DNA from: an uncultured Chloroflexia bacterium
GTDB lineage: Bacteria; Chloroflexota; Anaerolineae; CG2-30-64-16
NCBI GenBank assembly: GCA_963810095.1
Contig: CAWEMM010000002.1
Location: 1 to 64,000 of the forward strand
Direction: 5' to 3'
DNA length: 64,000 bases
This document shows, one piece after another, positions 46,514-55,728 of this stretch. The notes below the pieces were generated by a model. That model searched no databases and was not told where the DNA came from. It saw only the letters and a list, made by a program, of their open reading frames with translations. The translations under genes and the position numbers were made by a program. Positions within the stretch are counted from its first letter, which is position 1. Each line of letters opens with the position of its first letter.

Positions 46514-48355
46514 ATGTCACTCAAGAAGTGGTCCTTCATGCTCGGCATCCTCGTCGTCGCCAGCATGATCCTGACGGCCTGCCCTGCGCCCCAGGCGCAG
46601 GTGGTCGAGAAGGTCGTGACGCAGGTCGTCGAGAAGCAGGTCGTCCAGACCCAGGTCGTGGAGAAGGTCCAGACCCAGGTTGTGGAAAAAGAGGTTCAGA
46701 AAGAGGTCCAGGTCGTTGCGACCCCGACCCCGCTGCCCGAGGAAAAGAAGCTCCGCATCAACCTCGGCACCTATCCTGACATGGTCGACCCGCAGAAGAG
46801 CTCGTTCGTCAACGAGATCGCGCACCTGCGCCTCATGTACGACGGCCTCACCCGCCTTGACAAGGACCTGAAGACGGTCCCCGCTTCGGCCAAGGAATGG
46901 AAGTACAACGAGGACGCGACCGAGCTGACCTTCACCCTGCAAGATGGGCTGAAGTACTCGGACGGCACCCCGCTGAATGCGGCTCGCTTTGCCTACTCCA
47001 TCAAGCGCAACATCAACCCTGAAACCGCCGGCGAGTATGCTCAGATCACCGACGAGATCAAGGGCGCGCCGGAATGGCGCGGTTGCGGCGACGACGCAGC
47101 GAAGTGCGAAGAGGCGATGAAGGCCCTCGACGCCAGCATCCAGCCGCTCCATGCGGATGGACAGCCCTGCGCGGCCGAAGACACCTACGCCGATGAGGCC
47201 TGCAACACCCTCAAGCTGACGTTCTCCAAGCCGGCCCCGTACTTCCACACCGTCATGTCGCTGTGGGTCACCTACCCGGCCAAGGAAGAGAACATCACCC
47301 AGGGCGGCGAGAACTGGTGGAACAGCTCGAAGTGGCAGGTTGGTAACGGCCCCTTCGTCCTCCAGAACCTCGAACCGTTCGTCCGCGGGTACTTCACCCC
47401 GAACGCCAACTACTGGGGCGACAAGGCGAAGGTTAACATCGAGTTCTCCTACATCACCGATACGGCTGTCGCCTTCGAAGCCTACAAGAACAACGAATTC
47501 GACATCATCCCGGCCGGCGCTGAGGACCTCGAAGTCATCAAGGCTGACCCAACCCTCAGCAAGGAACTCAACACCTACCCCGGCTCCTGCACGTTCGCCG
47601 TCATGTTCCATCAGTTGAAGGAACCGTTCACCGATCAGAAGGTGCGCGAAGCCTTCGCCATGGGCCTGGACCGCGAGGCCTGGGTGCGCGACGTGTTGGC
47701 CGGCCTCGGCTCGCCGACCCTCACCTGGATCCCGCCCGGGTTCCCTGGCTACGACAAGGAAGAGAACCGCTGGGGCTTCGATGCCGAGGCGGCTAAGAAG
47801 GCTCTTGCCGAGTCTTCGTACGGCAGCGCGGACAAGCTCCCGCCCATCACCCTGACCTTCAGCGACACGCCTCGTAACCGCAAGCGCAACGAATGGCTGG
47901 CCCAGATGTGGAAGACCTCGCTGGGTGTCGATCTGAAGCTGGACCCGGTTGAGTCCACGACCTACACCGCCCTGACCAAGGACATCAAGACCGCGCCGCA
48001 GACCTTCATCCTTGGCTGGTGCGCAGACTACCCGGATCCGCAGAACTGGCTGAGCGTCTACTGGAAGACCGGCGCGTTCGGCGAGCGCATCGGCTACTCG
48101 AATAAGGACCTGGACGCCCTGCTCGACAAGGCCGACGTCGAACTCGACCCGACCAAGCGCATGGAGCTCTATGCCCAGGCGCAGAAGCTGCTGACCGATG
48201 GCGCCCCGGTGGCGTTCATGTACAACAACGTGAACAACTACCTGGTCAAGCCGTGGGTTACGGGCATCGTCACGACCCCGCAGGACTCGGAATTCCCGGG
48301 TGCGGTTGGCGGCGTGACGGGCATCGACATCGACCTGGCTTCTCGCCAGCAGTAA
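46514..48355 (+). CDS. oppA: Oligopeptide ABC substrate-binding lipoprotein OppA (canonical domain order)
   Basis: Lipobox LTAC; motifs in normal order: DPQ, YSDGTPL, GNGPF, PFTDQKVREAF, WCADYPDP. Confidence 0.9.
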   Translation: MSLKKWSFMLGILVVASMILTACPAPQAQVVEKVVTQVVEKQVVQTQVVEKVQTQVVEKEVQKEVQVVATPTPLPEEKKLRINLGTYPDMVDPQKSSFVNEIAHLRLMYDGLTRLDKDLKTVPASAKEWKYNEDATELTFTLQDGLKYSDGTPLNAARFAYSIKRNINPETAGEYAQITDEIKGAPEWRGCGDDAAKCEEAMKALDASIQPLHADGQPCAAEDTYADEACNTLKLTFSKPAPYFHTVMSLWVTYPAKEENITQGGENWWNSSKWQVGNGPFVLQNLEPFVRGYFTPNANYWGDKAKVNIEFSYITDTAVAFEAYKNNEFDIIPAGAEDLEVIKADPTLSKELNTYPGSCTFAVMFHQLKEPFTDQKVREAFAMGLDREAWVRDVLAGLGSPTLTWIPPGFPGYDKEENRWGFDAEAAKKALAESSYGSADKLPPITLTFSDTPRNRKRNEWLAQMWKTSLGVDLKLDPVESTTYTALTKDIKTAPQTFILGWCADYPDPQNWLSVYWKTGAFGERIGYSNKDLDALLDKADVELDPTKRMELYAQAQKLLTDGAPVAFMYNNVNNYLVKPWVTGIVTTPQDSEFPGAVGGVTGIDIDLASRQQ

Positions 48356-48483
48356 AGACTACCTGAACGGGAGTCAGGGTCCGGTTTCTGGCTCCCGTCC
48401 TGGCCCCTACTCAGGGGCGTAAATATGATGTCGGGCCGGTTCCCCTCGGAACCGGCCCGGCGTGCCAAGGGAGGGCCGGTGGC

Positions 48484-49479
48484 ATGACCACCTACGTCAT
48501 TCGACGTCTTCTGTATATGATCCCTACGTTGTTCTTCGTCGCGCTCATCACGTTCGTGCTGATGCATGCGGCGCCTGGCGGGCCATGGGACCGCGATCTG
48601 GAAGCGCGACAGGTAGACAAGACGACGCAGACATTGCTGAGCAAGCGTTTCGGCCTGGACAAGCCGCTTTTCTTAACACGAGCGGCGGCAATCCCTTGGA
48701 CAGCCAGTTCTTCAGCTATATTGGCGGCGTCGTGCGCGGCGACCTCGGGCCCTTCGTACCGCCAGCGTGGGCTAGACGTGCAGGACATCCTTTTCAAGCC
48801 GCCCGAAGGCAAGCCTTTCTGGTACAGCAAATTCGGCTACTCCGTACGCCTCGGCATTCTGGCCGTATTCCTGGCCTGCCTGTTTGGCATCCCATTAGGC
48901 ATTCTGGGTGCCTTGAAACGTAATACTTTCTGGGATTATGTCTCCCTCCTCATTTCGACCATTGGGGTATCTGTGCCCAACTTCGTGCTCGCAATCTTCT
49001 TTATCATCATCTTCGCGAGCAAGCTGAAGTTGGTCAAGATCGTGCAGCAGAACTGGAACAGCCCTGGCGCCTGGCTTGTGCCCGCCGTGATCCTGGGGTT
49101 CGGCACGTTTGCTTACATCACTCGCCTGACGCGCTCGTCTATGCTCGAGGTGATGCAGCAGGACTATGTGCGGACGGCGCGGGCGAAGGGGCTGGCCGAG
49201 CGTGTGGTGATCTTGCGCCATATGCTTCGTAACGCCTTGATCCCGGTCGTGACGATCTTAGGGCCTGCTCTTGCCGGTCTGGTCGTCGGCTCGTTCATCA
49301 TCGAGCAGATGTTCGCCTTCCCGGGCAGCGGTCGAGCGTTCGTGCTTTCGATTCAGCAGCGCGATTATTCGATGATTATGGGGACCACCCTGATCTATGC
49401 GATCCTGATCGCCTTTGCGAATCTGTCGGTGGATGTGGTATACGGCTTCCTTGATCCACGGATCAAGGTGGGAGACTGA
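48484..49479 (+). CDS. oppB: Oligopeptide ABC permease OppB (two compensating indels about 48675-48750)
   Basis: APGGPW, RSSMLEV..DYVRTARAKG, DPRI; the expected QFFSYIGGVVRGDLG lies in an alternate frame. Confidence 0.88.
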   Translation: MTTYVIRRLLYMIPTLFFVALITFVLMHAAPGGPWDRDLEARQVDKTTQTLLSKRFGLDKPLFLTRAAAIPWTASSSAILAASCAATSGPSYRQRGLDVQDILFKPPEGKPFWYSKFGYSVRLGILAVFLACLFGIPLGILGALKRNTFWDYVSLLISTIGVSVPNFVLAIFFIIIFASKLKLVKIVQQNWNSPGAWLVPAVILGFGTFAYITRLTRSSMLEVMQQDYVRTARAKGLAERVVILRHMLRNALIPVVTILGPALAGLVVGSFIIEQMFAFPGSGRAFVLSIQQRDYSMIMGTTLIYAILIAFANLSVDVVYGFLDPRIKVGD

Positions 49480-49480
49480 A

Positions 49481-50472
49481 ATGACTGCGCAATCGACCAC
49501 CGGGAATAAGTCCTTCGTCATTCCGACGACGATCACCCGCCCACCGCGATCACTATGGGGCGACGCCTGGCACCGGCTTGCCAAGAATAAGGCCGCGATC
49601 GCGGGCGCGGTCGTGATCATCATCTTCGGGTTTATCGCGATCTTTGCGCCGTTGCTGGCGCCCCACAGCCCCTTGCAGATCTACCCGGGCAGCCGTTACC
49701 TGCCTCCCGCCTGGGAGACCTCCGGTCCCACAGGCAAACCCGGTAGCTCCCAGTTCCTGCTGGGCACAGACAGCATCGGCCGCGATGTGTTTAGCCGCCT
49801 GCTCTATGGTGCCGCGTGTCCATGGTGGTCGGCCTGGTGCCAACCATCATCATCCTGGTCCTGGGCATTTCGATGGGCCTGATTGCGGGTTTTGCAGGTG
49901 GCGGACTCGACAACCTGCTGATGCGTATCACCGACATCATCTACGCGTTCCCCGACCTCCTTTTCTTCGTCATCGTGATGGCAGCTCTGCGTGAAACGGC
50001 CATCGGCCAGGCGCTAAACGGTTTGCTGCTGCTCTTCGTGGCGTTGTCGATCGTCAGCTGGGTGGGTTTGGCCCGTCTTGTGCGTGGGTCCGCGCTCTCG
50101 CTCAAACAAAAGGAGTTTGTCGAGGCGGGCAAGATGATCGGCGCGCCGAGCAGCCGTATCATGCTGAAGCACTTGCTGCCGAACAGCCTCGGGCCGATCA
50201 TCGTCTTCACGGCATTCCTTATCCCGCGGATGATCATCACCGAGGCGATTCTCGGCTACCTGGGCTTGGGCCTCAGACCCTCCACCGACCCCAGTGCACC
50301 GTTTATCACCAGCTGGGGCTCCTTGCTGCTGGACGGTCAATCCGCGATCAACGCGCAGCCCTGGCTGCTGCTGGCGCCGGCGCTCTGCGTAGCGCTCGTC
50401 GTGTTGGCCTTCAACTACCTCGGCGACGGTTTGCGCGACGCGCTTGATCCGCGCCTGGCGGGCACCGAATAG
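49481..50472 (+). CDS. oppC: Oligopeptide ABC permease OppC (frameshift near 49815)
   Basis: LLGTDSIGRD in ORF 49415..49882; EFVEAG and GDGLRDALDPR in ORF 49816..50472. Confidence 0.88.
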
Positions 50473-50492
50473 CGCAACCGGTTCAATGAAGA

Positions 50493-50537
50493 TAAAACAG
50501 GCCCCGTGGCTGACAGTGTCACGGGGCCTGTTGTTTA
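50493..50537. terminator. Bidirectional intrinsic terminator
   Basis: taaaacaggccccgtg...cacggggcctgttgttta between convergent genes. Confidence 0.75.
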
Positions 50538-50559
50538 ATAGAATGAGATACGAAGAGTG

Positions 50560-51744
50560 CTAGCGCCCGTCCTTCGAGTTGCGTGCCGGTGCCGATTTGC
50601 GCCACGCACGCAGCGCGTCGCGCAGGTCTACCCCCGTTGACGGCTGTGCCCCCGCACGGAGCGAACGGATATACTCGACAAGTGTGTGCGGCGCTTCGCT
50701 CGTGGGCGAGGGCTTGATGGTCGGGCTGGGCTCGGGGGTGTGCGTGACCCGGCGGGTGCGCGTGGGCAACGGAATCACCGGCGTCGCGCTCGCCTCCGGC
50801 GTTTCCGTCAGCGTGGGTCGAGGCGTCTGCGACGGCTGGCCGGTCTTCGTGGCTCCGGGCGTCGAGCTGGGCTGCACCGTGGCCGTCTTCGTGGGCTCAG
50901 GCGTTTCGCTCGGCGATACTGTCCGCGTCAGCGTAGGCTTTACGCGGGTGGCGGTCGGCGCGACGGGCGCGGTCGAGGTAGCCGAAGGCATCACCGTCGG
51001 CGCACGCGGGGTTGCAGTTGGCGGCGCGGGTGCGGCCGGTGTTGCCGTAGGTTCCGGCGGACTTGCGACCGTGGGGCTGGCGGGCAGCCCGCTGACCGGC
51101 GTCACGGCTCGGGTGGGCCCGTTGCTGCTCGTGGGCTTGGCGCGGGTCGCGGTGGGGGCAGGCTGCTGGGTCTCCAGGAGATCCTCGACCGTCCGCGTCC
51201 AGAAGATCGCCCGGTCGAAAGCGTCCGTCGGCTCGGGCGTGCTGCGCCACCGGATCGTCGGGCTGGGCGCGGGGGTCGCAACCACGAAAACCGTGGCCCG
51301 CTCCTCAAATGTGGGCGAAGGTGAGGCCGTCCGCGTGGACGTCGTCAGCACGGCCGGAACGGCGGTGGCGGTCAGGCCCGGCCGGTTCGTCGGCCGCAGC
51401 GGGCTAATCGGCGACGCGAAGTAAGTCGTGCCCGCCAGCAGCATTAAGGCGACACCGGCCCCCACCTGGCGCCAGATGGGCGGCACGAGGAAGCGCCGCC
51501 GCGCCCTTTGCTCGGCCAGGGCAGCGTGCATCCGTTCGCGCCCGGCAACCCGGGCGGCCATCGATAGTGTCGGCCACCGAGATGTGCGCAGGCGGTACGC
51601 GGTTTCGAGAAGCGGAGCAAGCTCCGTTTCGTACTGCGGGTATCGGTCCAGAACCTGGAGCGGGGTAAGCCCATCCTCGATGTCTTCGAGGGCCTGGCCC
51701 AGCGCTTCGTCCAGGGAGCGAGCCGCGCGCGGCGAAGGGGTCAC
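50560..51744 (-). CDS. Putative anti-sigma factor: short cytoplasmic domain, one TM, long Pro/Thr-rich external tail
   Basis: 4-nt overlap with the ECF sigma gene; N-terminal LDRYP..ELAPLLETA helix domain; TM VGAGVALMLLAG; PT repeats. Confidence 0.65.
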   Translation of the reverse strand: MTPSPRAARSLDEALGQALEDIEDGLTPLQVLDRYPQYETELAPLLETAYRLRTSRWPTLSMAARVAGRERMHAALAEQRARRRFLVPPIWRQVGAGVALMLLAGTTYFASPISPLRPTNRPGLTATAVPAVLTTSTRTASPSPTFEERATVFVVATPAPSPTIRWRSTPEPTDAFDRAIFWTRTVEDLLETQQPAPTATRAKPTSSNGPTRAVTPVSGLPASPTVASPPEPTATPAAPAPPTATPRAPTVMPSATSTAPVAPTATRVKPTLTRTVSPSETPEPTKTATVQPSSTPGATKTGQPSQTPRPTLTETPEASATPVIPLPTRTRRVTHTPEPSPTIKPSPTSEAPHTLVEYIRSLRAGAQPSTGVDLRDALRAWRKSAPARNSKDGR

Positions 51745-52319
51745 CGAATGGCCTCCATGTCCAGAATGCGACGTAGGTTGGCGATGGCCCGGTGCTGGAG
51801 CGCCTTGATTGCGCCCGTCGTCTTCCCCATGATCTCCGCAACCTCGTTTACACTAAACTCGTCGCCGAAGCGATAAAGGAGCACCGCCTGTTGCTCCGAG
51901 CCCAACTTGCGCATCGCGTCCAACAACTCGCGGCTGTTCTCGGATGCCGCGGTGTGCATGAATGGTTCCGGCCGACGGTCCGCCAGGTTGGGCTGGTCGT
52001 CGATGTCCTGGTGGTCGCGATGCTTCTGCTTGCGGTACTGGTCCGTCAGCAGGTTGCCCGCGACCCGATAGACGAATGCCGAGAACGATGCCACGGGCCG
52101 CGACCCATTCACCTTGAAGCGCGGCAGGTTCTGCAGCAGGCGCACAAAGACATCTGCCGTCAGATCTTCGGCCAGTTCTCGCTGGCCGAGCCGCGCGTAA
52201 AGGTATCTGAAGACGCGATCCGCGTATAGATTGTAGAGCCGATCATAGGCTGCTGACTCGCCTGCTCGTGCTGCTTGCAGCAGTGCGAGCATGTCAGCGT
52301 CGCTGCAGACGTCTTGCAT
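51741..52319 (-). CDS. ECF sigma-70 factor
   Basis: LYNLYADRVFRY, AEDLTADVF (region 2); EVAEIMGKTTGAIKALQHRA (region 4). Confidence 0.92.
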   Translation of the reverse strand: MQDVCSDADMLALLQAARAGESAAYDRLYNLYADRVFRYLYARLGQRELAEDLTADVFVRLLQNLPRFKVNGSRPVASFSAFVYRVAGNLLTDQYRKQKHRDHQDIDDQPNLADRRPEPFMHTAASENSRELLDAMRKLGSEQQAVLLYRFGDEFSVNEVAEIMGKTTGAIKALQHRAIANLRRILDMEAIR

Positions 52320-52432
52320 CGGTTCTCGCTATGGGCAAACGTTCGAAGATATCGAAGGATACGTTCAGGTCTGGCGCCGCATGTTGCCGATTCGCCGGTG
52401 CTGACGGCAAAGGCAGCATGCAGCGCCGGTGG

Positions 52433-53767
52433 TTAAGACGCACTGACACCACTCATGTACTGTTCGATTTGGGGCAGTGCGAGCAGCTTCTCGCGGAAGA
52501 AGTTGTTGACTACATTAATGACACGTTGGCGGGCGGCCTCGGTTTCGGCGCTGAGCGCTTCGCCCGTGGTCTCCTTTGACACCATGTCACGGAGGATGAG
52601 CAGCTGTTTCACGATCTCGCTCTCAGCCGCGCCCTCCAGCACATCGATCACGTCCAGGATCAGTTGGTTGGTCTGGCCCACCACCTGGTCCATCGACATC
52701 GCGCTGTCCGGGTCGCACGCCTCGTCGATGGCCCGCAGCAGGGACCACACCTGGTACAGCAGCGTGGCCGGCTCGTCGAATAGCTCGCGGACGAACGCGG
52801 CTTCTGCGTGGCGGCCGGTGAGGCGGAAGATGTTGTACATCCGCTTTGCGGCTTTGCCGTAGTTGAGATCCTTGGTCAGGTACTTCTTAACCTCATGCTC
52901 CATCAGGGAAACATACTCGTCGAGCGAGTCGGCCGATACGTGGCGCACCAGCTTGGAAAAGATCGGGATGGAGTCTGCGTTGAGATAGACTTCCTGGAAA
53001 TACGGATCCAGGTAACCGTCGAGCGGCGTGATCGAGCCGTCTGGCGCTTCCCACGTCGCATCGAGCACGTTGGAGGCCTTCGCCAGCCGGTTGCGCACGG
53101 GATCGGCGATGAGCCAGTCCAACTTCAGCCAGCCCGGGTCGATGGCCACTTCGTCCCATCGCAGCGTCACCTGCGTGCCGTCGTCGCGCACCCCTTGCAT
53201 TTCGCCGGCGAGCAGCGCCGGGACGTGCCAGGAGAGCGATGTGCCCGCGTTGTAGTGCCAGCCGCGTGCGGTCACATTGAACGGCGCGCACCCGAACCGC
53301 ACCTCGACCAACTGGTACGTGGGCCCTTTGATCGTGTTGAGGGCTTTTTCGCGGATGACCTCGGCCAGAATCCGGCACGCTTCTTCCTTCGTCGCCGCCC
53401 GCACGTTCACCCGCTCGAAGTAGTCGCAATCGCCGGGGTAGGTTTGGATTTTATTCTGGGCGGACGAGCCGGCCAGGGCCAGCGCGGTCTCGACTACGCC
53501 GGGTGTGTCGGGCAACTCGACGATGTGCCCCACCTGGCGGAAATAGGCCAGCTCGCGGGGGTTGAAGTCGAGCATGACGATGCGGTGGCCGAACACGCCG
53601 TCCACGTCGTCGATTTCCACGTCATCATAGGCCTTCCAGGCCGCGATCTTCGTCATCCATTGCAGCGCGTCCGCCTCGTCCATCTCGACGCCCAGGCGCC
53701 GCGCGGATTCCACGATCACACTCAACTGTTCAGCCGGATTTACACGTGGGTCATAACTCATCGTCAT
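52433..53767 (-). CDS. Uncharacterised protein with a Pol-beta-superfamily nucleotidyltransferase motif
   Basis: LAGS-x10-DCD plus a candidate third Asp (KLDW); helical C-terminus. Confidence 0.7.
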   Translation of the reverse strand: MTMSYDPRVNPAEQLSVIVESARRLGVEMDEADALQWMTKIAAWKAYDDVEIDDVDGVFGHRIVMLDFNPRELAYFRQVGHIVELPDTPGVVETALALAGSSAQNKIQTYPGDCDYFERVNVRAATKEEACRILAEVIREKALNTIKGPTYQLVEVRFGCAPFNVTARGWHYNAGTSLSWHVPALLAGEMQGVRDDGTQVTLRWDEVAIDPGWLKLDWLIADPVRNRLAKASNVLDATWEAPDGSITPLDGYLDPYFQEVYLNADSIPIFSKLVRHVSADSLDEYVSLMEHEVKKYLTKDLNYGKAAKRMYNIFRLTGRHAEAAFVRELFDEPATLLYQVWSLLRAIDEACDPDSAMSMDQVVGQTNQLILDVIDVLEGAAESEIVKQLLILRDMVSKETTGEALSAETEAARQRVINVVNNFFREKLLALPQIEQYMSGVSAS

Positions 53768-54362
53768 CCTCCGTCCGGCCGCGCCCTTGTGGTGCGAGGG
53801 CGGGCGATGTCAGGGGTAGGGTGGCTTCTTCGAGCATGGCGCTCATCAGGCTGGCTTGATCGATGGCGTCGGCAAGGGCGTTGTGCGTCAGCGACGGCGG
53901 GCCCCCGAAGTGGGCGGCGACGTGCTTGAGTGAGGTCTCCGTCCATCGGGCGCCTGTTCTGCCGGCATAAAACGACTTGATGTCGAGTGCGTTGTGGCCG
54001 AAGGGGTTGTAACCCAGGAATCGATGAAAGTAATCGTTGATGAACATCCAGTCGAACGGCGCATTGAATCCTACGAACACGGGCGGCCGGCCCGCGGGCG
54101 CCACGGTCTGCAGCCAGCCTGCAAAATCCAGCATGGCTTCGGCCGGCGGCAGCCCCTCCTCCGTCAGCCGTTCGAGATCCAGCCCCGTGACTGCGAGCGC
54201 ATCGGGTACGACGTCGGGGCTCAGCGGCTGGAGTTCCACGTAGAACGTCAGCGATGGATCTGCGACGACGCACGCGCCAATTGAAAGCAGAGAATAGCGG
54301 CCGGGGTACGGCCCTGCAGTCTCTACGTCGACGGAAATGAGGAAATCGTCCGGTGTCTTCAT
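53751..54362 (-). CDS. DEDDh 3'-5' exonuclease (Rv2179c/Cap18-like)
   Basis: SVDVET (ExoI), FNAPFD (ExoII), HNALADA (ExoIII). Confidence 0.88.
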   Translation of the reverse strand: MKTPDDFLISVDVETAGPYPGRYSLLSIGACVVADPSLTFYVELQPLSPDVVPDALAVTGLDLERLTEEGLPPAEAMLDFAGWLQTVAPAGRPPVFVGFNAPFDWMFINDYFHRFLGYNPFGHNALDIKSFYAGRTGARWTETSLKHVAAHFGGPPSLTHNALADAIDQASLMSAMLEEATLPLTSPALAPQGRGRTEDDDEL

Positions 54363-54485
54363 CAGCAAGAGCGACGTAAAGGCCGCTCACGTATTATAAC
54401 CGGAGTCGGGTGATTCGCAAAGGTTGCGCGCGGTCGTTAGTTTATTTGGTCACGAAGGGGAGGAACACATTTTATTTTAGCGGAC

Positions 54486-54524
54486 ACGAGCAAACCCGTC
54501 TCCGCCGGAGACGGGTTTGCTCGT
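54486..54524 (-). terminator. Strong hairpin immediately after the oxidoreductase operon
   Basis: acgagcaaacccgtctcc-gcc-ggagacgggtttgctcgt perfect 18-bp stem; no adjacent U tract. Confidence 0.55.
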
Positions 54525-54528
54525 CTGC

Positions 54529-55728
54529 TTACTTCAGTTTCTCCATGCCCTTGAACTCGCGGTAGGGTGACAAGATCGCAAGCGTTTCCCTGTCGTCCTC
54601 CGTCATGCGCCGCTGCACCATGCGCGTGAGCAGCTCACCTAGCCCCGGCCCGAGCATGAAGCCCTGGCCGCACATGCCCACGGCCTGGATAAACCCCTCG
54701 ACCTCGCGCGCCCAGCCGACCAGGGGCGAGCCGTCCGGCGTCATCGGGTAGAGCCCACGCCAGGTGCGCCGCACCCGGATATTGGCCAACCGGGGCATCA
54801 GGTCGATCATACGCCGGCTGATGGTGGGCAGGAAGTCGCTGGTCTCGCGCTTGTCCGTGCCCCAAATGCTGGGACTGGGCGTGATGCAGAAGATGATCTG
54901 CCCGGTGTAGTGCTGGTAGAAGTAGTAGTTCGTCGAGCCGGGCGCGGGCCGGATGTCGACGACCATGGGGTTGAGGAAGCGCCCGACGGGTTCCGTGATG
55001 GCGGCTTCGTGCGAGTCGGGGCGGACCGGCGCAGACAGCCCGACGAGCCGGGCTACTTCGTCTGCCTCGGCGCCCGCAGCATTGATGACCACGTCCGCAC
55101 CGTACCGGCCGTGCGGGGTCTGAACGCCCACGACCTTGCCGCCTTCCACGTCGATAGCGGTAAGCGGCTCGTTGAAGCGGAACTCCGCCCCGCAGGCCCG
55201 GGCGTGATCGTAGAACGCATGCAGCGTCAGCAGCGTCGAGCAGTGGCCGTCGTCGGGCGAAAAGGTACCGCCGGTCAGGTGCGAGTCGTCCCGCGATTCG
55301 CGGTTCAGGTCCGGCAGCAGGTCGAGCATCTGCTCGCGGTCCAGCCAGTCGATGTTGAGCCCGTACTGCTGCTGCACGACCAACAGCTCTTTGAGGATCC
55401 GCTCCTCCCGCTCGCGGTAAGCCACGAACACATAGCCGCCGGTGTTCCACTCGATATCGTCGCCGTAGACCTGGCGCCACGACTTGAGGATTTCGAGCGT
55501 GCGGAGGTTCAGCCGGATCTTGGCCGGGTCGGAGTGGGTGGCGCGCACCCCGCCGATCGCCGCCTTGTTGGAACCCTGGCCCGGGCTCGGCCGGCCGTCG
55601 AGCACGAGGGTGCGGACGCCGGCACTGGCGAGAGCGAAGGCAGTGGGAACGCCGACGCTTCCCGCCCCCGCAATGATCACGTCGTAGTGTTTTGGCGTCT
55701 GCGCGGCCGTCAGCGTCGCTGCGTTCAT
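54529..55728 (-). CDS. FAD-dependent oxidoreductase, sarcosine oxidase beta / dye-linked proline dehydrogenase beta family
   Basis: IAGAGSVG FAD motif, WRGLYPMTPDG.P, GMCGQGFMLGP. Confidence 0.85.
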   Translation of the reverse strand: MNAATLTAAQTPKHYDVIIAGAGSVGVPTAFALASAGVRTLVLDGRPSPGQGSNKAAIGGVRATHSDPAKIRLNLRTLEILKSWRQVYGDDIEWNTGGYVFVAYREREERILKELLVVQQQYGLNIDWLDREQMLDLLPDLNRESRDDSHLTGGTFSPDDGHCSTLLTLHAFYDHARACGAEFRFNEPLTAIDVEGGKVVGVQTPHGRYGADVVINAAGAEADEVARLVGLSAPVRPDSHEAAITEPVGRFLNPMVVDIRPAPGSTNYYFYQHYTGQIIFCITPSPSIWGTDKRETSDFLPTISRRMIDLMPRLANIRVRRTWRGLYPMTPDGSPLVGWAREVEGFIQAVGMCGQGFMLGPGLGELLTRMVQRRMTEDDRETLAILSPYREFKGMEKLK

